Origin: Basidiobolus meristosporus CBS 931.73
Taxonomy: Eukaryota > Fungi > Basidiobolomycota
Length of the DNA: 64,000 nt
Assembly (NCBI GenBank): GCA_002104905.1
Contig: MCFE01000170.1
Location: forward strand, 62,001 to 126,000
Reading direction: 5' to 3'
Position numbers and translations under genes: made by a program. This document shows, one piece after another, positions 12,988 through 25,750 of the stretch (positions within the stretch are counted from its first letter, which is position 1; each line of letters opens with the position of its first letter). Below the pieces are notes generated by a model. That model had not been told where the DNA came from. It saw only the letters and a program-made list of their open reading frames with translations, and made no database searches.

Positions 12988-13527
12988 CAGGTACATACAA
13001 GGTACCATAAATATGGTACTGGAATACTCTGAAGCAGCTAATAGGGAAAATATAATAGTTATAGTGGCTCAGATTGGAGTAGGTATCTGATTGTCCGATG
13101 CTCTACCACTGGGCATGTATTTCTTTATGCTGGGGCAGCTATCACTTGGAATTGTGTTACAAGTCTTGGTACAAGAGTTATAGAGGAATAGGGAGTTTAG
13201 CTAGTATTATATTCACAAACTTGAACTGATCTTTATTGAGGTTCCAGCAGCGCCTTATTTACATTTTGCCAGATCAATTGCTGACTAATTGTATTTCATA
13301 ATATAGGTTGTGGCTGATGACATTTGATTGCATCATCATCACCAATAAGATCCTCCTTAGTACATCTATTTCTGCCTGATAAGGATCTGCTGACTCATTT
13401 ACTGACCAATGCCACTGATTTGATAGATAATACTGATATACTGATAACCTAACCATATACTAATTGATTTGACTAAAAACTGATCTAACTTAAACATTCC
13501 AGCAGCAGATCATAGCATTCTCCCCTA

Positions 13528-16500
13528 CTAAGACTGAGAGGGTTCTCCTGAATCTCTTTTCTTGTGATACAAATATCTTGATGGCTCAGAATTATCAGCA
13601 AGTCTTGCAAGCTTCAGTCTGTCCCTATGCGCTAAGTTTTCCTGGATACTGCCTTGTTTATCTACTAGTTGGTAAGTTGCAAATGGACATTCTCTGATGA
13701 TCATGAATGGTTCTGTCCATTGTGGCTGAAACTTCTTCCGAGTGTTGTTTCTTAGCAATACAAAGTCCCCAACTGTCAATGCTTCTGGTGCTATAGTCTT
13801 GACAAATCTCTGCTTCATCTTTTCTGCACTTTGAAATACTTTGGTCAGTGCCTCTTGATGTCTTTGTTCCAGTTGCTGGTGTCTACTTGGCTGACTGAGT
13901 TCATCTTCAAGGGTGTCTGTGCGCTTTGGTTGTGTGGGATCTCCTGGAATCCTAGGTTCACATCCATACAATAAGTAAAATGGCAATTGCTTGGTGGTAT
14001 TGTGTACTCTGACTCTGCATGCAAGGAGTGCATGGTCTATATACTCATCCCATCTACTGACAACTCCTTTTGCATACTTGGTCAGCATTTTTCCAAATAA
14101 TCCAGTAAACAGTTCAGTGACTCCATTAGTTCTGGGATGATATGCCAAGGTTTTCAAGTGTTTGATCTGCTGCATTTCCAGGTAAGCTTCCAATGTCTAT
14201 GCTATAAAGTTTGCACCTCTAGCGGATAGAATTTCTACAGGGCATCCCTATTTCATAAGGATCTCATGGTATATTAGACTTGCAAATTCTTGTTCACTGG
14301 CTATAGGTACAGCCTTAGCAACTGGCCATTTGGTGGCATGGTCAATTGCTACTAGGATTAACAATTGCATTTCCTAGTAGTTGGCAGTCTTCCAATAAAG
14401 TCAATTCCCCATCTTTCAAATGGTCTTACAGGCTCCAAGGGAAAAAGCTCAGCAATTCTCTGTGGTTGGCCTTAGTTGATTTGGCAATTTGGGCCTGTTT
14501 TCACTAGCTTCTCAATTGTTGTTTCATTCTGGGCCACCATGCTCTGGCTTTCACAAGGCTTTAGGTTCCTTCAATTCCAAGATGTCCATATCCATTGTGT
14601 AGCTTATGTATTAAATCCAGGCAAGAAACATAAGGGCAATAGGCAACAGGGCTTCCATCAACAATTTGGTAGAGTGTTTCATCCCGGATTACCTTCTTGA
14701 TATCTTCATTCACCTCATTAGGAATGGCTTGGTCCTCCAAGTACTTTGGTAATAGGCTAGTCTAATCTGATTCATGCACCAAGTTGAGTTGTGTAACTTG
14801 TTCTAATCTAGATAAGGCATCAGCAACCATGTTGTTTTTTCCATGGCAGTAGACAATCTCTATGTCAAGTTGCTGAATGTACTCACTCCATCTTGTCATT
14901 CTTCTAGATAGTACCTTTTGAGTAAATATATACTTGAATGAGGCATGATCAGTCTTCAAAGTGTATGTGACTCCTTCAATATAGCATCTCCATGTCTTCA
15001 GGCACTGTATTATAGCAAGCATCTCCTTCTCATGCACCAGATAGTTTTTTTCTGCTGAGTTCAGTTTCTTGGATTCAAAGGCAACAGGGTAGTTGTTTCC
15101 CTCATGTTCTTGACTCAACACTCCACTAATTGCATAATCTGAAGCATCCGTGCACAGAGTAAACTCTTTTCTGAAGTCAGGTATTCTTAAGCTTGGTGGT
15201 TTAGCTAGTTCATTCTTGAGCGTCTGAAAGGCAGTTTCACAAGCTATGTCCCACTTATAGTTGTTGTCTTTCTTGAGGATATCAGCTAAAGGGGCTGCAA
15301 TACTTGCAAAGGACTTCATAAATCTCCAATAATAGGAAACCATTCCAAGGAATGATCTGAGTTCTGATATGCTATGGGGCTACTTCAGGTTCTTGATAAC
15401 TTCAACCTTCTTGGGGTCTAAGGTCACTCCTGTGCTAGTCACTATGTGTCCCAGATATTCAACGTGTTCCTTGAAGAATTCACACTTGGCTAGCTTGCCA
15501 TATAGCTTGTTCTCTCTTTGCTTCTTCAAGACCTTTTCAATGTGCACCATGTGATCCTCTTCTGTCTTGCTGTATATCAATATGTCATCCAGGTAGATTA
15601 TCACAAACTTGTCTAAGTATTCTTGGAAGACAGTCTGCATCAAGGTCATGAATGTTGCAGGGGCATTGGTGAGGCCAAAACTCATGACTAAGTACTTGTA
15701 ATGTCCATATCTGGTCCTGAATGCTGTCTTAGGATGTCTACTGGCTTCACCCTAATCTGATTGTATCCTGACATGAGGTCAATCTTGCTGAATATAGTGG
15801 CTCCATTGAGTTGGTCCAAAAGCTTGTCAATCTGAGGTATAGAGTACTTATTCTTCACGGTAACTGAGTTGAGGGCTCTGTAGTCAATACACATCCTAAG
15901 AGTTCCATCCTTCTTCTTCACAAAAAGAACCGGTGCTCCCCAAAGTGACTTGCTGGGTCTGATATATCCTTGCTCCAATAACTGATCTATATGTCTCTTC
16001 ACCTCTTCCAACTGCAATTGACTCATTCTGTAAGGTGTCTTACTCACCGGGGGGCTATCTCCTATGTCAATGGCATGATCCACATCACTGACTGGGGGTA
16101 GGCTTACAAGTTCATCTGGAAATACATCTGAATATTCCTTTAAAGAGTCTGGACCTTTGGGGGTACTGGTGTAGAGGAATCCTCCTGTAATACTGCCATG
16201 AGGAACATCTGGGTGCCTTTTCTTACTGCTCTACAGAGCTGTGTCTTGCTAAGTTCACTTGTTTCACACACACTGGAATTAACCAAGCTAAAATCCAGTC
16301 TGGCAAGTAATAGCTTGTAGGTCTTGTTGTCCCTCTGTATCTGAGTAGCATGGGTTCTCTAGTTAATTGATGGATTACAACAAAATGGCCAGGTTTTCCC
16401 AAGTACAAGGTCAAACTTGCAGTTCCCAAATATATAGGCCTGTAGATCTTCTTCATAGTCATTGAACTTCATCCTCACTGGCTGAGTAATACAGTTGATT

Positions 16501-16670
16501 ATGTGAGAGTTCCCATCAGCTGTTGAGACTGAAGTTGATCTGGTGGGTTCTGAGTTGATTCCAGCTTTCAAAGCAAATTGCTCTGACATGTACTTGTGCA
16601 ATGCTCCTGAGTCAATCGTGATATTGGCAAGTACTCCATTGATTACTCCATTCAAGTATAATAGCTTTCC
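13528..16670 (-). pseudogene. Gypsy B pol (PR, RT, RNase H, IN), disrupted
   Basis: TIDSGA protease, YLDD RT (15380-15685), TDASDYAISGVL RNase H, YHPRTNG integrase with GPY/F-like tail; multiple stops and frameshifts. Confidence 0.92.
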
Positions 16671-17600
16671 TTAGTTTGAGGTCATCTGGGAAAGGTATTC
16701 TTCTGTCATATGGAAAGTGAGTTCTGAGTCTTCTTCAAGTTCATCCTCCAGGTTACTTTGCTCCAGGGCATCAATATAGTTGAAGGTTCTTGATGGCTGG
16801 TGTCCATTTCTTCTCTGAGGGCAGTACTTTGCAATATGTCCCTGCTGGCGGCAATTGAAGCAAAGTCCTTTCTTTGTACATTCTTCTGAGGTAGGATTCT
16901 TCTGTATAGCGTCTATTTCCAATGGCACTGCTTCTGATTGTCTTTTTTTATAGTGATTGTAGCCTCTTTGATTTGTCATTGTGGGCTTCCCAACTCCAAA
17001 CATAGCTGAGTCATACTCAATGGCAATCTTGATGGCTTCTTCAATAGTCTGAGGTCTTTGATAATTAACTTCCTTACAAGTTCTTTCTTTTAACCCATCA
17101 ATAAAGTATTCAACTTGATCCAGAGGGTCCATTCTTTCAACTTGTCCAAGTAGACACACATATTCATAGATGTACTCTTGGACCATTCCTTTCTGTCTGA
17201 GTGTCTTCAGCTTTCTTCTTAGTAGTGTCTGTTGGTGTGGGGGTTCAAAGGCATCCTGAATTTCTGACACAAACTCATCCCAGGTAGAGATTGTGGAGCA
17301 TCCCATCATGGTGGATGACCTGATCTTGCTGTGGTACCACTGTAAAGCTGCATCTGCCAGGTGAGAGGCTACATAATGTAACTTGCTCTCTGGAGCAATT
17401 CCCTTAGCCTTGAAAGCTTCTTCAATCTGGAAGAGCCAAGTTCCCAGGTTTTCATTGACTCTACCATGGTACCGGTTGACTTTCACACTAAAGTTGCTCT
17501 TGCTAGGGTTTTGCTGGCTTTGGGCCATGGTAGTCATTTCTTGTTGTTGCTGGCTAAGGATCTGGAGTAACTGTTGCTGCTGGGCCAGGATTTGCTGCAT
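16671..17600 (-). pseudogene. Gypsy B gag
   Basis: Retrotransposon gag fold (WLFQIEEAF, ALQWY, LRQKGMVQEY) with CFNCRQQGHIAKYC zinc knuckle. Confidence 0.9.
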
Positions 17601-17677
17601 AGCATTCTTTCATTCTTGATTTTTGGACATCTTGAGGGAGGCATTTTCTTTCTTCAGGAGGGAGGTCTCTGGTTATT

Positions 17678-17687
17678 GCTGCTACCA
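17678..17687 (-). promoter_or_regulatory. Gypsy B primer-binding site TGGTAGCAGC
   Basis: 1 nt from the 5' LTR; complementary to a tRNA 3' end GCUGCUACCA, consistent with initiator tRNA-Met (A1-U72, A73). Confidence 0.75.
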
Positions 17688-19441
17688 ATGTTACAAGTCT
17701 TGGTATAAGAATTGTAGAGGAATAGGGAGTTTATCTAGTATTGTATTCATTAAAGCTTGAACTGATCTTTATTGAGGGTCCAGCAGCTCCTGATATACAT
17801 TTTGCCAGATCAATTGCTGGCTAATTGTATTTCCTAATTTAGGTTGTGGCTGATGACTCATTTGATTGCATCATCATCACCCAATAGAATCCTACTTAAT
17901 ATATCTATTTCTGTCTTATAAGGATCTGCTGATTCATTTGCTGATAATGCTACTGATTTGATAAAAAATACTGATATACTGATAACCTAAACATATACAA
18001 ATTGATTTGACTAAAAACTGATCTAACTTAAACATTCAAGCGGCAGATCATAACCATTGCAAGAAACAACCAACTGTGGTCCTATTTATAAGTGAAGCGG
18101 AATACATTGCTGCTTGTCAAGCAGTAAAGGTGGTTTTATGACTGCAAATTTATTCAAAGACTTGGGCTATAATTCCAATGAGCCAACATGTATTTTCAAG
18201 GATAATTGAGGTTTTATTTCATTATCTAGAAATCCTACTAATCATAGCAGAACTAAGCGCCTAGCTATACAACACAACTTTGTGAGGTAGGCTGTAGATA
18301 ATAAATTAGTAGAGTTAGTTTATTGCACAACAGACAAAATGGTTGAAGATATATTGACAAAACTACTAGCTAGGCTACTGCCTGAGAATATTGGAGAGGA
18401 ATTAGGATTAAAAAGTCATTGAGTAGAGGAGGAGTGCTGAAATATTGGACTATTTGGTATTATTCAGCAGCTATATATCTACTTAACAGTTCTGGACTGG
18501 TCTTGTTCACTGTGGGACAAGCTTAGAGCTCCAACTTTACCCCTTTCTTCAGATCAATGATCATATGATTATTTCCCTGTAGTCAAAACATGATCAGCAC
18601 TTTACCAAACATTTATACCTGCCCTGAAGCAGTTGCAAAGTGCTCCTGAATGCTGAGAAACCCTCTTCATTTAGTGTTACAGTTGTATTACTTCTACAAT
18701 GGTATAAACACTGGGCTTCTTGATGAATGAAGAACAGTTCAACTATCATCAGTGTTTCTTGATATGCCCCTTGTATCCAAATCAATTCTTATATTTCCAC
18801 AATTGTAGGGGATAGGGACTTTTATAGCTTAATACAAATAAATAAGGTATGTCTGAGGTTCAGTAGAAATTCATGAAATCATTTGCATGAAAAGTAAGAG
18901 AATTGGTTGAGTCAGGAAGTCAGGTGTATGAAAGGAGGCAATGGCCAAACAATGTAGACATATATAGGAGGTGATTGAGTGTATGAGATAGGAAAGTGAG
19001 AGAATTGGCAGAGGACCAATCAAAAACCACTTATGTATCATTGTGACAAAAAATATTTACCAAGTTTTTTGTGAAATCTGCGGAGCAATTAACTTTTAAT
19101 GGTCTTTACATGGTGTCCTGATGGGATCAATACCTCCTGGTCACAGGAATTTAATTTTGTGATGGCCTTTTGACAGGAACATCGCAATTATTTTCTATAG
19201 GGAAGTGGCTGACAAGTTATTGTTGGTTCAGTAGTGGCAGATGGATGATCAAAAATGACCTGTGTAGCATAACACTGGCCATGATTGTTATAACACTATG
19301 CTGTCTAAATGCTACATGGCTGAGAGGCATCTTACAGTAGACTTATTCCATTGTACCCTGCCAGGGGGCATGGTGCAATCATTGGTTATTAAGAGCAATC
19401 AGGCACAATGCTCTAGCTACCAGTAGGCATGATCACTCTTG

Positions 19442-19810
19442 TGTTACAAGTCATAGTACAAGAGTTGTGGAGGAACAGGGAGTTTAGCTAGTATTGTACT
19501 CACTAAAACTTGAACTGATTTTTATTGAGGTCCCAGCAGCTCCTTATATACATTTTACCAGATCAATTGCTGACTAATTGTATTTCCCAATGTAGGTTGT
19601 GGTCAATGACTCATTTGAGTGCATCATCATTACCCAATAAGATCCTACTTAATATATCTATTTCTGTCTGATAAGGATCTGCTGATTCATTTGCTGACTA
19701 ATGTTACTGATTTGATAGATAACACTGATATAATGGTAGGCTAAGCATATGATTAGCTGATTTAACTAAAAACTGATCTAACTTAAACACTCAAGAGGTA
19801 GATCACAACA
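19442..19810 (-). repeat. Solo family-B LTR
   Basis: Full 369-bp LTR; perfect 4-bp TSD CTTG (19438-19441, 19811-19814). Confidence 0.93.
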
Positions 19811-19975
19811 CTTGGAAAAATTTCCCACTCTGTGGGACAATCTTGTACCCTATCCTATGGCACAATCTAACATGATGAGGCTGGTGCAGATGACTGCACC
19901 AACTTGTAAGTCACATGATACCACTATTATGGTAGCTAAAATCCAGTATTTGGATATGCTTCTTCAATGTATATG

Positions 19976-20343
19976 TGTTACAAGTCTTGGTATAAGAGTT
20001 GTAGAGGAATAGGGAGTTTAGCAAGTATTGTATTCACTGAAACTTGAATTGACTTTCGTTGAGGTTCCATCAGTTTGTTACAAATGTTTTGCCAGATCAG
20101 TTGCTGACTAATTGTATTTCTTAATGTAGATTGAGGTGGATGACTCATTTGATTGCATCATCATTACCCAATAAGATCCTACTTAATGTATCCGTTCCTA
20201 TCTGACAAGGATCTACTGATTCATTTGCTGACTAATGCTACTGATTTGATAGATAACACTGGTACACTAATAGGCTAAACATATAACTAATTGATTTGAC
20301 TAAAACTGACCTCACTTAAGCATTCAAGCAGTAGATCATTATA
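19976..20343 (-). repeat. Solo family-B LTR
   Basis: Full LTR; TSD TATG/CATG (one C/T mismatch). Confidence 0.88.
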
Positions 20344-22500
20344 CATGGATATAAATGTGTATCACACCAGAAACTGCACTGATACTTACCATTTTGGTTA
20401 TCATCACTGTGATTGGATTACATGCATCCTGAAACTATGAGCCTTCAATTCATTCATTGACTAATATACAAGATACCTGATTCATCATCAAATATGCAAT
20501 TTTACCCATTGAGGAAATAAATCCCTCATTTAAGCAATTGCACTAGGTGTCACAGCTAGCATGCAACCAATTGCATTGGTGCAAGACAGATCATATAGCC
20601 ACACTGGTGTCACAGAAGATGTATAAGTATACAGGTTGATAGTTTATATACGTGTTGTTTTGATCATGACAAATGATAGGAATTCAGCCTTCTTGCATCA
20701 CCTTCTCTTAGGTTTTTTTCTCACAAGGATTACTACTCAGTATTTGATAGTAATTTAATCTGCACAACTAAACTACATCTGTCTTGACTCTTATCTTGGC
20801 TGCTTGTGTACTTGTAGTCTGTATTTTGCCTCCTAGGTGATAAGTGCAGTACTACAGCTTGGCTGCTCTGAATTGCTCCAGATTGTTTTACAGAACCACC
20901 CTGAAGTGCCACATTCTGATGTGTTCTTTTACCTGCCAAAGGCTCCTGTGGTGAAGACATTTCCAGTGGGTCATTGTCAGCCAGTTCAGCTGTTGTTACT
21001 TGCTGATAGTGAGGTGTAACTGCACATGCCAGTACAACTTGATGTATTGTTATGGCCCTTGGCAGAGTTCAAGTGATGCTACTTGTTGTCAAAGCTTAGC
21101 CTGCTCTAATGGACTTGTATCTAAAGGAGTAGCTTGGCAAGTACTGGTAGTTTTTTCCTGAACCACATGTGCTGGCCCAACATGCATTGATGCAGTGTGT
21201 GGCACTCTTGTAAAGGGTGTTGGCATAGATTGGACTGTTGTGTGCTGGCATGCTGGCATTGCAAGGGATGATAAGCAATCCACCAAGGCATGCTGGCACA
21301 ATCTACATGCAGTTGCCCACAGTCTGTATTCCTCTTCTTGAAGCTCACCTTCCAATTCCTCAAAGTATTCACTTACTCTCTGTCTGCTACTTTAGAACTG
21401 TTTCCTTGATAAGCCCTGTGTATATTGCTCCTGGAAGCCACTTAACTCTACTAATATTTAATACACTACATTAGTCATTGAGGCAAAAACATATTCAAGA
21501 TCTGCCTGGTTTCCAAAGTTGAGGCATCTGAAGATAAATTTAATCTGTATTGCGCAAATTGCAAACAGAATCATATATGCACAGCTTCCTCATCAAGTCC
21601 CCCCACTCTCAAATCATTCTTGATTTCAATACTTGTTTTATTTTATTTCTTCCTACAAATATCTGCTGGCATCTTGATGTAGAACTTATGCCACTGCTTT
21701 CTACTCAAGTTCTTCCATCTCTGTTGACTCTCAGAAGAATCCAGTTCTGCTAGATTAATGAGTGATGCCCAAATATCTGTATGAAGACTCATCATTGACA
21801 CTTAGGTCACACTGAAATCATTTGGCAAGAACTCATATGGATCCAACGTTGACTTATCTGGTCTGGACCACACCATTGAGCTGAGGGATGTGTTTTGTCT
21901 GGGTTGTACTAAAGATGAGTTGAGACCTGGTATAGGGGCCATACTAACAGATTGCAATACTTATGCAGCAGTATATTGGCATAAACCTGACCTTATATAA
22001 AATATGTACAAAAACTAATGTGATTGTTGAGCTTTCCATCTATTATGCATGATACATCTTGGATTGCATTGACACAGGTCTGATCACATCAGTCATAGAT
22101 TTCCTAATAGATTATAGACTTGTGAGTAAATCTTCAGTAAAATTATTAAGTCACTATATGTGAGCAATTTTGTAACATAATGATGGGAAACATGGCTATT
22201 GATAGAGGCTTAATCATAATGAATGGAAAATCAGATTAATTAAATGGATTGTGCCAAACTAATTCAAATCTCATATCTCTGATCACCTACCAAACCTAAT
22301 ATGACTTACTCATCACCATGGTCTTGTCCCATTAGTCCCATTCCTACAACAGGATTTCCTTTTGACACATTAAAGGAGATCTACACCAAGTATTTTAGAC
22401 CATCTACCCCAATCAACTCAAGGAGATCCCTTGTTAAGCTTCTCTGTTGATACACAAACTATAGCCCTACAAAGTTTCATTACACCATCTGTGATAACAA
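20344..22500. other. Unclassified CpG-depleted repeat-derived sequence, possibly decayed CACTA-like transposase on the minus strand
   Basis: Only short Cys-rich broken frames (e.g. CRLCQH, HCINAC); no family could be assigned by eye. Confidence 0.25.
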
Positions 22501-22589
22501 AAGTCTTAGAAGCTTACATTCACAGCTGGCAGCAATGGGGAACCACCTTGCAAAGGGTATGAATGATTTAGAACAAGCTCCAATAGACT

Positions 22590-24337
22590 TCCATATCCCA
22601 GAGTGTTCTGCAATAGTTTCCATATCAGGAGTGTCTTAGATACCTTCCCAGTCAGGATTAATAGACCTTCTAGAGGGCAGAGGCACTTGTATTCTGGCAA
22701 ATACAAGGTACACTGTAGTGGGGTGACAGTGACACCCACTGACAGATGTGCTCATTCCCTTATTTTCTACTTCCCTATATCTCTACTACACTTATTTTAG
22801 TTTTATCCCATTTGTCTTACCCAATCAGTACTATCCCATAAGCTGGTTGACTATCACACCTGCTTACCTTATTGCATAAGTTACCCCTCACTTTATGTAA
22901 GATTACTAGCTATATGTACTTATATATTAGGCAAGTACCCGCGCCAGTGCCCGTGACACATGATCAGCCCGTGTCACCATCCCTACCATTTCCATACCAT
23001 ATATGGTATCCCCATGTTACACAGGTTTCAGAATACTGATTCCTGATTGGTTGGATGTGCTGTGCCTCTTAGAACCTTCCGGCACCTACCTAGAACATTC
23101 CTAGGTCATTCTGATGTCATTAAGATTTCTATTGAACTCCGGAACCTTCTGGAACACCATGATTAGTAATCACTTAGCCAGTGAGAAAAGTATATAAGGG
23201 AGGCTATCCCTCAACAATAAATCATCATCCCTTTTATCAATATACCGACTTGTTGATTAGTGTGATCACTGCTACCTGCTGCTACCTGAACTTCCAACCC
23301 TAGACCACAGGACACTCCCAGGAAACCGCGCTGACAGCCAACTGACCTTGGAGGCACTACTTGTGAGGAATACTCAGAGTAGGTATCTTTTATTATATTT
23401 GATTCTTTCCCAAGTTTGTTCTTGTACAGGCAAAGATACTTTTCTGTCTTTGTAACTATTGACCAAAGCTGCATTCTTATCAAGTCCCTGCTGGTGGAGT
23501 TTACAGTTGTTTTGACTTTGGAAGCTTTAGTACATTGTCATCTCAAAGGACGCTGAACCCAGCACATACTTTTGTTAAGACGCCAACTAAGTTGGGGATT
23601 GTAGCTCAATAGTTTTCCCTTGACAAGCTTGTGGCTTTATTCCCCTTCACATTAGATTAGAGACAGAACCCAAGTATTCCTAGCAAGCTTTTGCCAGAGG
23701 TTATTGCACCCAGTGAACACCCCACACACAAAACACTTGAGAAGTGTTGGACGTATCTCTCCCTTGGACTTATACACCACCACAATGCTGTGTGAAGCTT
23801 CAGGCACTCTCTGACATTGAGGGTTGCATCATCTGGCTTAGTGGGCCATTTACTGGAAATAGGTATGACAAAGCACCTTTGGTAGAGAATCATCCAGAAT
23901 TCATTAGAGAGAAACATATGGCAGACTTAGCCTATGCAGGATAGGACTCTCAAAGATTAGAATGTATTATAACTATGGCAAGCTAAAGAATATGTGCTTA
24001 GCAGAAAGCAGCAGCTCCACAATGAGATGTTTTATCACATCAGAGTTAGAATATAGCAAACATTAGGATACCTAAAGAGACTCAGTGTATTGGCAGGTGT
24101 AAAGAGAAAAAGTCATTTATAGAAGAAACAGCAGTATAGATTCAATAGTAGCAATACTTGTTAATACTTGATATACTCATATAAGATGACATCCACTGAG
24201 AACATGTGTCTGGAGCATTTTGAGGAGTAAACAAAGTCTGAAAAGCACTATTCTGAGCAACATAAGTATGATTGCTGGAATGATTTGGTACTATAAATAG
24301 GCTGGTAATATGTGGTACTATCTAACATAACAAGTCT
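22590..24337 (+). mobile_element. PHIS-superfamily (DDE_Tnp_4) DNA transposon copy P1, decayed, 5' end not found
   Basis: VLDTFPVRINRPSRGQRHLYSGKYKVHC | CVKLQALSDIEGCIIWLSGPFTGNRYD..MADLAY across the LTR-C insert; terminus AACAAGTCT at 24329-24337 followed by AAT. Confidence 0.8.
22714..23784. repeat. Solo LTR-like element family C, copy 2 (1071 bp), interrupting the P1 transposase
   Basis: TGTAGTGG...CCACCACA inverted termini; the transposase frame resumes immediately after; TSD degenerate (ACAC/ATGC). Confidence 0.7.
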
Positions 24338-25750
24338 AATAGCTACATTTACTTTTTTTGCCTCTGTTATAGCATTGAATCTGAGTAGTCTTCTCCATAG
24401 GGCAAACAGTTTGACACTCTACAACATACTGATATTATACCACTTTTTTTGTCAATGCTCATGTGAAATTAAGATAGTCCTATATTTAAGACATAGCACA
24501 TACATGAATATAAGATTCAATGATGACCTACCATAGCAAGCATTTAAATAAAGATGTGGTACCACATACACAAGTATATGTAGCACTATTTCCTCTTTGG
24601 TTTTACTCACATCCATATATATGCTGCCAAAAAATGTAGCAAAGTCAGCTGGTTCTCAACCACACCCCACTGCTGATAGCAGAAGAATGGTTGGGGAACA
24701 GCTTGCTTGTACATTCAGTGCAACAAGCAGGGCTACATTTAAAAAGGCCATGTGGCATTAAACCCACTCATGGTAATAATTCAGACTCCTCAGGCTTGCA
24801 GTCAAGTAGGAAAATGAGCATCTCTGCAGAGCTGCTTGCTGGCACTAATGCTCAGGCAGATGTGAATGTAGGAAATGCAGAACCTTTGGTTGAAGACCAG
24901 CAAGTAGATATTAGACTTGTTCCATTGGATAGTGCCACATTGAGCCATGAGTGCCAAATGATGCCATAGTGTGCCAGAGAGGCCAATTGAGCCTCTACCT
25001 GGCCACAGAGTGTGAAACATAGCTCCGCATCTTCATGCAAAGCAGCTCCTATGTTTCACCCATTGTGTTGGAGAAAATCCATTTTTTGACCTTTTTTTTT
25101 GGATCAATATAGCTCAGGATGTGTTAGAGCACAAGCAGATTGAAGATATGCATCTGGTACTCAATACCCATGGCACTCTGAATCTAGCTCCTGTAGCTTG
25201 TATCATGTCACAAAAATGAATGGCACTGTCTTGGTCCACTGGTACTATCTGGCACTATATTTAAATATTAGCCCTAAAGTAAGATCTATACAAAGCACTT
25301 ATAGTGCCAGATAGTACCAGTGGACCAAGACAGTGCCATTCATTTTTGTGACATGATACAAGCTACAGGAGCTAGATTCAGAGTGCCATGGGTATTGAGT
25401 ACCAGATGCATATCTTCAATCTGCTTGTGCTCTTACACATCCTGAGCTACATTGATCCACAAAAAAAGGTCAAAAAATGGATTTTCTCCTGCGCAATGGG
25501 TGAAACACAGGGGCTGCTTTACATGAAGATGCAGAGCTATGTTTCACACTCTGTGGCCAAGTATAGGCTCACTTGACCTCTCTGGCACACTATGGCATCA
25601 TTTGGCACTCATGGCTCAATGTGGCACTATCCAGCGGAACAAGTCTATTATAATATCATCACAACCCCTATTAGCAAATATGTTGCTAGCTCAAACCAAA
25701 CCTTTAGTGAGGCAAATAGGTACAGTGGCTATTAGAATAAAATTTCAGGA
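24338..25750 (+). repeat. Unidentified repeat family D copy 2 (interrupted by the fold-back)
   Basis: Colinear with ~6275-6960 once 24913-25649 is removed. Confidence 0.7.
24913..25646. mobile_element. 734-bp fold-back/MITE: 347-bp inverted arms around a 40-bp spacer
   Basis: Arms 24913-25259 and 25300-25646; ends AGACTTGTT...AACAAGTCT; 3-bp TSD ATT (24910-24912, 25647-25649); empty site seen at ~6835-6855. Confidence 0.92.

Larger units (their letters stand above)
13155..18055 (-). mobile_element. Full-length Ty3/gypsy LTR retrotransposon, family B (defective)
   Basis: LTRs at 13155-13517 and 17689-18055; 4-bp TSD ATTG (13151-13154, 18056-18059) splitting the copia RNase H; PPT AGTAGGGGAGAA; order gag-PR-RT-RNH-IN; no chromodomain seen. 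Confidence 0.95.
12048..18801 (+). mobile_element. Degenerate copia family A copy A3 (5'-truncated, IN/RT deleted, interrupted by gypsy B; 3' LTR 18435-18801)
   Basis: Gag tail and WYIDSGAS protease (12300-12638); RT/RNH piece at 12988-13154 resumes at 18060 with CAAGAAACAACC; PPT GAGGAGGAG then TGCTGAAATATTGG LTR. Confidence 0.88.

Noticed and set aside
16655-16673. Gypsy gag and pol separated by one in-frame TAA (possible programmed read-through)
   Set aside because: TAA-G is a strong terminator context and the element has many other nonsense changes, so a decay mutation is more likely.
22582-22590. AAT|AGACTT as the missing left end of P1
   Set aside because: The match stops after 6 bp and lies within apparent transposase coding sequence just upstream of the first catalytic Asp.
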